From: Phoronis australis
Taxonomy: Eukaryota > Animalia > Phoronida
Reading direction: 5' to 3'
DNA length: 64,000 nucleotides
NCBI GenBank assembly: GCA_002633005.1
Contig: NMRA01000677.1
Location: 146,926-210,925, forward strand
Position 1 is the stretch's first letter; the number at the start of each line of letters is the position of its first letter. A program made the translations under genes and the position numbers. Below the pieces are notes generated by a model that saw nothing but the letters and a program-made list of their open reading frames with translations, was not told the origin of the DNA and made no database searches. This document shows positions 26,201 to 37,800 of the stretch, piece by piece.

Positions 26201-29200
26201 TCTGGGTTCAGTTTGTAACTACATCATTGATAGGTTCAATAGGTCAAACAAGGTCACCTGATCCTTAATGGCCTTTCTTCATTAATGGCAAGATATCCTT
26301 GGCTTAGGAAAGCATCAATCTATAAAGAAGGTTAAATACCCCCCTTGAAACGAAGTTTAAAAACCCATATGTAGCCCCAAGGCCGGCTTTCCCACAGAAA
26401 GGGTTGCCAACTTGCGTGGAGATTTTGTCATCAAGGGAGATAAATCTAAGGTAGGAAGTTTTTTGACTTCGCAGTATTGGTGGCCTTACCATCTTTGGTA
26501 GATGAATGAAATAAGAGGCAACCACCACAACGGGTATTGGCTTGGGTTAGGTTTTCGCATAAGGTATTATCTCGGTTTCCATTTTCCAAGCAGTCCGTGT
26601 GCAAGGATATACCCTTACCGATTATGTGGAAAAGTAAACCCAGGATAGTGACCTCGGCTGGCAGTAAACAGCTGTATTTTGGCCATGAACATTTTAGTCT
26701 TTCTGAGTTTATAAATCAATGGTATATATTGCCAGCAATTCCCTTGTGGGCATAAGTGCTGTTTGTCTGTAACTCTCATGTCATATGATTGGCCATAGAC
26801 TGCTGCTGCCACCTTTGGTAGCAGATTGTGGAAGATAATAGAAATTGGCTGAAATCAGTTGTTAGCTTTATGTCAAATTGAGCAACAAGATATTTAACAT
26901 AATTTTCGAGATCATTAGCTTTTGGTCACGTAAATGCAGAACATAAACTTGTGCCCTTTGAAAACTAAGATTCTTTGCCCAGTCCTAGCTGAGGTAGTTG
27001 TTTTTATTTGCGTAAGCTGTTTTTATACTGCAAAACTCTGTGAATTCAGGCGCAGTCTGCATCTTGATGACCAGCTTCACAGCCTATCTTTGTTGAACAA
27101 CATGCTTGTCAAAAGTATGAGATCGCTGTCTCAGATTTGACTGCATGGGTGGATGATCTGTGATGAGATGGCCATCTGGACCCTGTTTCATGACTTAAGA
27201 CAGAAAATTAGTCTTACGTTCCACGCAACTATTTCTCAAAAATAGTTCACCTGAGCAAAAAGCAGTCTCCAAGAATACACTCATAACTGCTGGTATTGCT
27301 AAACTCTTAGACTGTGAAGCGCTCTTAATTACTTGGTTAAACCAGTTTGTTCAGCAATTGTAAAGTGAAGGCGGAAGACGAAGTTTCTGAAACAGACCCC
27401 AGATACATTTTTGTTGAGCGGGCTACTTCATTGTGATCTATTTGCGCAGTGCTTGCTTATTTTGACAGGTACTGGATAAGGACATTTCCCGCAAATTTCG
27501 ACCTCGACTCTGAACTGAGTAAAGTAGTGCAGTCATTTCAAGCAAAGATACAGTCTGATGGCAATAGTAAATTAAAAGATTTGGTTGATATCTCAAAAAT
27601 GTAAGTATTACTAAACACACTTCATCTCAGTGTTGTCAAATTTATTTCTTAAATGTTTCCACAAATTGATTCTTCACGTGTTTTAAGTGCACGATATGGC
27701 AGAAAAGTGGATTTTCAAGTTGTGCTAAATTTTTAACTTAATTTATTTATTTGATTAATTATGAGCCCAGTCTATCTCAGTTTAAGCGCAGTTTGTACCT
27801 CATAACTGTCATGACAAAAACTCGTGGTAAAACTTTAACTACTGGTATCTGTAGCCATGGTAACCCTCCATTTATTTGGCACAGAAATATTTCCCATTTT
27901 TCCATTTTTTCAAAGGCCAATAATTATTTTGATACAAATATTTGAAATTAGCAGATGTTGCTTAATGACAGCTTCACAGTACATACCATGCTAGTAATAG
28001 TCTAAGCAAATTTCAATCTTCATGTTTGTGAAGAAATTTGAGAAAATAGAATTTGCGTGGTAAATAACTGAAGAATCCCATGCATCCTGAGTTGGCCTTT
28101 GAAAAATAAAATAATGACAATTTGGCAGTTATCCAGAATCATTGAAGGGTTAACAGTACTTTTAGCACAGTGATTGAGTTTATCCAAGTCCTGATCAATA
28201 GGACACCAGATACAATCAGCGATCAGACTCTTACTAATTCGGAGTCCAATACTCGCAATTTCAACTCAAGTCAACTCCGCTTTCCATGTAAGCCTATCTG
28301 ATGCCAGACTTGAACAGTGTTTGTCTTTTTTTTTAAGTAATATTCAAAACTTGCGTCAAGCCCAAAATTGGACGTTTTTGTCCTAATATCTTTCTTTCGC
28401 ACAAAAGTTTCTCTACTCTAGTCTGCAACATAATTCAAGACAATTGGATCATTAGTTAGGCACGGTTCATTTTATAAAAAAAACATGCCTAGGGGCCATG
28501 ACCCACTAGTAGTCAAATCTATTGGTCAATTTACATTATGTATGGGTCTCTTTAATTTCTTTTCCCTTTTCCAATACGATTTTTCAACAGCATTTCAAGT
28601 GTTATTTTGTCTAACGTCTCACGCCGTTATGCGTCTAGTGATTAGTCTTAACACAAACTGCATTTTAACCAAACATAATTTCCTCAGTTGGAACCTGCAT
28701 TTTATGATATGCAAAGCAATGTGGTACGCAGTAGTTTGCGGCGTCTGGCAACGCGGGTGTGATATTGACAAAGGCAATGGTGGCGACAGGGGCAGGATAA
28801 AATTTGAATTTTTCTGAGCCCCCTGCAATAATGTTTAGATTCCTAAGTGCCAGGCAATTGATCGAAGCATCCAGAGCTATTCCTGTTGACTGAATGACCC
28901 ATTTATGAACTGTACTGTATTTCAGCCGTCTGCCTCAAAGTGAATCTCTTCTGATATTGTTGTAGTCCGTCATATGATTGGATGAGAGTTGTGTCCGTGC
29001 GTAATCCTTCCATATCACGGCGGAATCAAAAGGTCAATCTGGTCTTTGAGCAGCTGGAGCCGGTAGTGTTGGCTGATCAGCTCACGTATCTAGAGTTCAA
29101 GGCCTTCCGAAGGATCTCAGTACGTTCTTTACAGCATTGAGCTACATATTTCACTGGAATGTCGTCTGTATGGAGACATAAATCTACGTGTGATATTTGT

Positions 29201-32200
29201 TATTCATATCTAATGTTGACGTTCAAAAGTTTTTCAAAGTTCAAATTCTTACCAACATATGTTTAAATACTTATTAGCGTCGGAAAAATGAAAGAGTTAT
29301 TATGTAATTGCTCAGTGATGTTTCTATGCCCCTATAGTTATCTGCGGTTAGTTTTTTGTCGTAGTGTGAACAACAATATGTGTAGCCACATAATCTCAAA
29401 ATGTTTTTTCATTTACGAAAAGTTTTCGGAGACGGACATCACCTTTCTTCCTGATAAAGTACTGTTATAAGAACTATGAATCCTTTGCTTAAATATTGGG
29501 GAAAATATTAGAGTAAATTTCTAGATTTATGTTTCTTGTATCATTTATGCTTTGTTTTACTTGTGAAGTGAAATGGTGATGCATGCAATTTCAACTGTTG
29601 GCTCTTTGAAAATTTCACCAGTCGACCTCGTAGTCATCAGTTCTGTTAAGGCCTGGTCCAGGCTACATGGTTGGGTGGTCGCATGAGTTCCACGGTTCAT
29701 AATTTGGGTACTCTAGTTTCTTACGGACCCAAGCACATATTTGTGGACTTGGAAATTCGATAAGCGAGTGTTTTCACAACTGTCAATCAGAAATGTTGAG
29801 GCGAGCACTTAATCCATGTTGTGTGACGGGACATGCTATTGGCAAGCTCAGACGAATCGCACAATAGATCACATGTCATTGGGTTAATAAGATAACACAC
29901 CACTGATTAGATTGCTTAGTGTAGATTCCTTATGAAATGTATTATTTAGTTTACAGATTTTAGAAATTACTGCAATTCAATGATTCTCAAAGAGAACCAG
30001 AAGCTTGAAAGATCTGTGGCGTTATTCAACGGCCTGTCCAGCTGGATTCAGTGTATGGTACTTAGTAAGACTACACCCCAACAGAGGGCAGATGTCATTG
30101 TCAAGTTCCTTAATATTGCCAAAGTAAGTGATGCCTAAGTTTGACAACTTCTGAGCACAGCACAGGGGTTTAGTTCATGGATTGTCATGTGCGAGGTCAG
30201 AGATCAAAGTCTGTGTTCTTTGTCGTATACTATGAGGATTCCTACACCTTTCTTTTGCCTCTCTGCACTCGGTCGTAACTTGAGGGCGTGCCAATGAGTG
30301 AATGTGATGTGAATGTAATAATCCTCTGTCTTGAGGTTGTACTTGTTAAACATGTATTAAAAAAGTTATTTATTATTCGTGACTGTTTGAATTTTTGTGG
30401 TGGGGTGTGTATAGCACTTTGTAACAAAACTACTCCCCACTTACTTGTAGTCAGTTTATGCACATTATCATTCATGTATTAGTGACTGAATTTATAATTA
30501 TTTTACTCGCATGTCCACGTATATTTACCGCATGATGAAAAATTGGAATTTTATTTTGTCTAGTGAAGTTTCTCACAAAATTTAGAACATTCAAGAATCA
30601 GTATTACTATTGCACAGTGCAGATGTAGTGTAGCAAATACTTGCCTTGGTTGACTTTCCATTTACTAAAGCAAGCTTCGAAATGTTTTTGAAAAGTATAG
30701 AATACAGCCAAATTTTTTCCTTCAAATAAAAGAGAAGTTATTAATTCCCCATGAGTTTCTTGTGAGAACTCTCGACATATCGCCTTTAATCAAGTTGTGC
30801 TTATAGTTTACATTTTCCGTTCCTTTTAGCGACTTCATCACATTCAAAACTACAACACCCTTATGGCGGTTGTCGGCGGTCTAACTCACAGTGCCCTAGC
30901 TAGATTGTCAAGAACAAACGCATGTCTTCCCTCGGATGCTCAGAAGGTATGAGTCATTTTTATCAATACCAAAAGCAGAAAATGTGACAATAAAATTAGA
31001 AAAAAATTAATCATCGAATGTGCAGTAGCGTTTAGCTAAATGTAGGCATGTAATCTGATCAAGTACAGAACTCATGCGTCTCCGTTGTGTGTATTATTGA
31101 GGCGAATGGTTGTTTGTTGTTGATCGTAATTCTTGAATTTGGGACGGCCAATCTTGCCTATTTCTAAACTTTTGTGGAAGCTCCGTCCTTGAGCAAAATA
31201 ATTAATTTTTCACTGTCCTTAACTGGAGAGTTTTTATCGTAAATCTTCAGGAAAAAGTGCGATGGCAAAAGTACTTGCAAAGTAGCTAACTAACGTTGAG
31301 ACTTGCCTGTGTTGGTGTCCAGAGACTGAATTTGATGAAGCTTATGCTTCTGTTTTCAGACACTGACTGAGTTGACAGAGTTACTATCGTCCAGTAACAA
31401 CTTTGCCAATTACAGAAGGGCGATTGGCCAAGCAGAGGGATTCAGAATACCTATACTGTGAGTGTGCTTTGGTGACAATGTTTTGTGTAAAATGGTTTAA
31501 GGTTATGTAGGACCTTAGAAAACGTGTCCAAATTTGGCACCGTAATGGCGGTTTTGGTATTTCATGGTGAACATTTAACATTTGTTGAACATGTGCTGCC
31601 ACTGTGAAAGAAAAGCTTGACATTATACTCTCAGTGTCTCTTTCGTTTTCAGTGGTGTCCACCTAAAAGACATGATATCATTGCACACAGCTCTACCAGA
31701 TAAGTTGGAGAATGATCAAGTCAACTTCAGAAAGATGGTCCAACTAAGTATGATCTTCACAGAGTTGACACGTCTACAGAATGCCACGCCCCCGTGTGAC
31801 GCCAACATCGATCAAGTCAACACATTACGTGTGAGTCTCTTGACCTTTATAGAGGTCAGCGTGACCTGGACGTTTGAGTTGGAATGCTATAATCCAGATG
31901 CTTGTATCGGGATGGCCGCATTTTCCATAGTTAAATAGTTTTCATGAACTAATCCTTTTTGCTTTGTTCCATTTCATCAAAGTTTTTGTGGGAATTATAC
32001 AAACGTGAGCAAACTTGTTGGGCAGCTGCAGTGAAGTTTCTGCCATCCTTAGAAATAACGGCGAGTTAATATTAGTAAGTGTATAAGTAAATAACATTAG
32101 GTATATTGAATTCTGTCATGTTTCGCTCAGTAATGGAGATAATAAATTGTAACTAAAATAAAAAGTTAATCTACCATTGTTTACGTCTCCAGCTTTGTCT

Positions 32201-34773
32201 TGACTTGGTGTACACTGAAGATGAAATCTACGAGTTGTCATTAGCTAGAGAACCAAGGAACTCAGTGTCATCCGTAAGTTGTCAGCATTTATGCATATTC
32301 CGCTATCTTCACTAATTAATTAGTGCAACACGCTCACTATTTAACGATACTTGTTTTCAAAAATGCCAACTCTTCATCAAAGTTTCAGCCAAAATCATGT
32401 AGGAAATCATAAGTAAGTTAATTTCAAGTCGATGTTTTTTCAACTAGAACATTTTTTAAACTGTCGAGTAACATTTCGTTTCATTACTTAAATTAAATTA
32501 TAATGACAATATACTGTAAAATAGCACTTATTTAGGACAAAATATGGCGAACACTTGAAACTGTATTTTTCATCAGTTTTTTTCTTTGAAGATAAATAAT
32601 ATATGGTGACAATTCATTTTTAATTTCTGTATCATAGCTACTTTGAGAAAGTGTTTTGAAAAATTGAGGGTATTCACAACTGTGTTAGAATAGGATTACT
32701 TATGGCAGCTAGTTCTGCTTGAATTTGTTGAGATTTTACCGTAAACAGTCTGAGGCTCTGTTTCGTGCGGGAAACTCAAACTTTTCAAAATGTAATAGAT
32801 GAACTGTTCACCTTACGGCTTGTGTCCATTACAGCCTCCAACTCCTACTAAACCAGTGGTGTTCGCCGACTGGTTAGACGGTGTCAGTCCACCAGATGTC
32901 GACACAATCAACAAACATGTCCATGATATGGTAGAGGTAAGAACTTGAAACAGTCTTATAATTACTTATTATTGGACCTCAGGTGTAACCTACAAACAAT
33001 CTTTAATTTGGGAAATACTTGTTATTTAGTGAATTCGTCTATGCCTGGTTTCCTTACGCATACTAACATTTGAGTTTTGTAAAATAAATATATTTATTTA
33101 TTAGGTGATACCTTTAGTTCTTGTCCACTTCCAGTTACCGAATAGTTAAGGTAACCTTATGTTCTATTAAAACTTAGACATTAATTTTTCATTATTATAA
33201 GGTGATACCTTTAGTTCTTGTCTACTTCCAGTTACCGGATAGTTAAGATATTCTTATATTCAATTTAAACGTTGGGCATTATTTTTACATTATTCAGTCT
33301 CTTGTTTAACTCCTGGTGACTGGTTGCATTGTGATTACTGACTTTCGAATGCGTTTGAAAACGTGAAAGTTAATTAAAACATGAAATTGCTACATGAAAA
33401 ACACCTCCTTACACAAGGTTTCTAACATGCTGTCGTTTTCATTCGGAAACGTGTCAGTTATGACCTTAGTTAAGAACACAATTATTTTCCCAAGAGTCTA
33501 CCTCAGTAATGAGATGTGACCTTATTAATGATGTTGAGCACTTTCACTCCCTCTATAGGCAGTCTTCAATAACTATGACCTCAGTAAAGATAGAGCCAAG
33601 TACCTTCACTTATAGAACACTTGCTTCTGGGGACTGTTTAATGATGTATGACTTCATTAATGATATGGAGCACTTTCACTCTCTCTATAGGCAGTATTCA
33701 AGAACTATGACCATGACAGAGATGGCTTCATTTCCCACGATGAGTTTGACCAAGTTGCTGGCAACTTTCCTTTCATTGAGTCCTTCTGTGTCTTAGACGC
33801 CGATCAGTAAGTGATTTAGTGACCATGAGTCAGATTTAAACTTTTTAATTTTTGCCCCTTCGATTAATTGCATTCAATGAAAAAGAAGTGTACTCGAACC
33901 TCAATTTTTATAAGGCACTTGATGTTCAGTTATAAAATATTGTACTCTTGAGTTTCTTTTCTTGGTTATTGTTCATACTACCTTAAGTGTTTCTTGCCAG
34001 ACATGTGGTCACATACCATGGTTCCATTTTACGTTAACTTATAACCGTTGCGTGTATCATACGTCTGGACCCTTTCTGTACAAGTCACAGAGCTCTCAAA
34101 TTCTGTGAAAGCTAGAGAGGGAATAGTATACTATGAGAAGTGTGAAGACTTAAAGTCATATTATTTAGTGCTGCATGAATGGGCCAAAATAAAATAAAAT
34201 AAGAATGGAACAGTTTATGAATCCAAACATAACGCTAGTAAGCTCCATTTCAACCATTATACAACTATACAAAACAAATGGTTACCAATATTTCACACTT
34301 AAATGAGGATCACAAAATCAAATCAAAGTATATTTGATCCTTGCCATTGTGTGAAGCCAGATATCCCAAGGTAATAGACATATCAGCTAAACAGCCCTCA
34401 CTATGAATTATTTAAAATAACCTTTGTCTAATGAGGGTGGATCTATAGCAAACAAAGGAATCAACTTTGGTGAACGAAAATTTGTTACGTAATGCTCACG
34501 GAAACTCAAGAACGCCAATGACGTGCAAAGGCTAGTAATCTTGCATATTTTCTTATTTAAATAAAAACTTAAAGGTATTCCACAGTTTTTCAATTACGAA
34601 ATTGTGTTATTACATATATTTGTAACATAGATCAATTTATTTATACACCTACAAAATATGTCAATCGACAGATACTTGCAATGTTGGAAAGATTTTGTGT
34701 TAGTTTTGCCCAAATAATTTTGTGTCGCGTTTGTTGCTTTGCTCCTTCTTCCTGTTATCTCCCTTGTTTTCAT

Positions 34774-34805
<32 letters not shown>

Positions 34806-37800
34806 ACTACACGTGTATATAAAGCGTTATGCTTTGACCTAGATATAACATTATGGGTACCACTCGTGTTTCACAATATTCTCTGTGCTCACAGAGATGG
34901 TTTAATCAGCAAAGCAGAGATGAAGACCTATTTTGTTCGTGCCAACTTCCACGCCCTGAGGAGTCACTTCAAGCATGACTTCCACGAGACGACCTACTTT
35001 AAGCCTACGTACTGTGTACGCTGTACAGGTCTACTATGGGGACTCATCAAGCAGGGATGGAAATGCAGAGGTGAGAATGTAGCCAGGGTTTATATTGGGA
35101 TTCGATTACTTAAAGCAGCTATAAACATGGGGCCCATTCCAGGAAACTGACTTACGTTCATGTCTTTTACTCGAGTCTAAGATTTGTCTCAACTTCCAAA
35201 TTTGGAAACTTCCACCGCCACTAAGTTAGTCAAAATTAGGACAAAACTTAAGACGAAAACTTTAGTAGTCTATCTTAAAATTGAGTGAAATTTAAGATTT
35301 ATCTTAGCCAGTTCCCTTGCAATGAGCCCCTGCCCACCGTTGCGCAATAAATAACTTTTGATTTAGACCACTTACAGATGTGAAATGGGTCTCAAATTAT
35401 TCCTTAGTGCAATTACTTGTGATTTCTGAGTTTAGGAAGAGCTGACGGTTGTTACTGCTTGAGACAAGACGCTACACGATGACTTGTCACAGCGTGTCAT
35501 TTTAATCGCCGAGCTTGACCCCAAGCAATAAGGAACTGGTGCTCTTTGCAACAGTGAAAGCCACCTCTTATCAAAATAAGGAACTAGCTCAGTCCAATTT
35601 TATAGCTTAGGTGGCGCCTTCTGTGGCCTTAATCAACGATTAGTTTCTTCAGTGGAACACTGCTTTGATATGACGTAACGTTACAGAATTAGTCGTCTTG
35701 TTTCTAACTCTGGTTAGAAATGATTCCTTGGCTTGAGAAGAGCTGAAATGTTGTTATTGGTTCAGACTAGGCGCATGAAGTTTGCTTGTCACTGATACTA
35801 AGCCTGCGAAGCAGTAAGAATGTCAGGGGCATACCAGCCTTTTTGTTGTGACCAATAATTTAATTCAAACAAAGACTGAGAACAGAGTGACATTGCTTTG
35901 GAAGAGCAAATGTGTTTCTACTCGAAATCCTATAGCAAATTGATCAATTCCATGCCACGGTTCAAATAAAATTGCAATGTTGTACTTGAATAATGCGACG
36001 TGGTTGTTTAAGTTTTGAGATGGAGTCTGAGTCCAGTCTGTCAGTATGGTTCAGTCAGTGAGAAAAAGTAGCCAAGATTTGTCTGGAAATGAATCATCAT
36101 TCCAGGTTATTGTTAAACTTAACTCAATTTGGAGATCACTGTGGCTCTTATGCCCTGGAGTGGAGCCTGACCACCAACCCCTTATTGTTCTTATTCAATG
36201 GACAATTTGATCCGTTAAAAGGATCATTGGTCACTGAAAATCAACTTGCCTGATACTTGGTAAGATAGCCAGGTGTCCATGTTTGTATTGCCATGCAATG
36301 GTTGCTTGCAGGCTCTTGCACCATCTGTTCTTGGCAAATATATCTTGGGGCAGATGTTGACTTGCAAGGCCTGGAATTAAGTCTGTGTTTGGAATGTTTC
36401 AGTTTAACATGGAAAATCCTTAAATGTAGCAAAGTTGTGACATCTTAATTATTTTAGAGTCTGACATATTGATTGCAGGTCTGGTATATGTTTTTGTCAA
36501 CAAACTGTTTTCTACCTTCAGTACTAAAACATTAAAAATATGTGTTATTGAATGGTAAAGCATCTGATTCACCAATTTTTGACAAAAATTATTGCTAAAA
36601 TTTGTCTTTTTTCAAATGTTTCTTATGTTCTTTTTGGAGATCTGATGAGGTATGTTTTTGTCAACACACTGTTTGCTACCTTCAGTTATTAAAAACATTA
36701 AAACTATGCATTTTCATAGTGTTATTGAGCGGTAAAATATCACCAATTTCAGACAAAAATTGCTAATTAAAAAATTGATTGTTTTTCAAATGTTTCTTAT
36801 ATGTGCACATTAGTTTGTCAAATTATTGTGTGATGGTAGCTATAGTATAGAATTTAATATTTATCTTTCTTTAAGTATTTATTTGGTACAAGTAACCTTT
36901 TATTGAAAAAAATGAAAAAAGCAAAATTTCACTTAATGTCCACCCTGTTATGAGACATTCTAAATCGGTGAGGTTTTAACCATAAGTGTCGTTCTATCCT
37001 GGAGTAAACTCAGGAGCAAAATTTGAGGCAACTTTTTTGCTCTTGCAGAATGTGGAATCAACGCCCACAAACATTGTCGAGATTTGGTTGTGTACGAGTG
37101 TCGTCCTAAAGTGAATGCCGGTAGTTCTGGGAAAGGAGGCGGAGGCAACCTGTTGACACCCAACGGCAGTCCCCCGACTAGTGAGTATACGGTAATTGTC
37201 CGGATAAATGCCCAGGGCGTTAAATACAAAAATTTGCTGGTGAACATTAGTTAATCTGAATGGAATTTTAAAGGGAAATTGATTAAAATGTTGGGGAGGG
37301 AGACAAGCCAACTGTGGATGGGTATTTATCTGGTTAGTTACGTAAGTATAGCTGTCGGTAGTATGATTGTAAAATGTTTAATATTATACCCGTTCAGACA
37401 GTTATGTGCCTGTGCTCAAATTTTCAATAATTTCAATTTTAACTGTCTGTCATTTTACATGAACATTCTAAGTTTATAGGGTCAGGACTACTTGAAGCGT
37501 CCATGTTTTTGTGTGTTACCCGACAAAGAGCTTCTCCCAAAATGCATGCATTGATTGTGCTTCCTGTTTTTGTTTATCACAGAAATAGGGCCAGAACAAC
37601 GTCCTTTGTTGCACCATGCGTTAACTTGTTCTTGTAGTTGTGGAATTCCTTATACCTAGTTCTTCCCAAACACAGTTTCTTCCCAGTTATTTGGAATTAG
37701 GCACATTCTAGCCTTAACCCCATCACAGATGTGAATGCCTACTAGCTCATTCAAATGCCTCAAACAAAGTTAACTGAGCTTACAGCTCACGTTGAGGCGC

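Noticed and set aside
26230-26830. Mitochondrial insertion (NUMT)
   Set aside because: The translations I inspected showed no recognisable mitochondrial protein or rRNA motif
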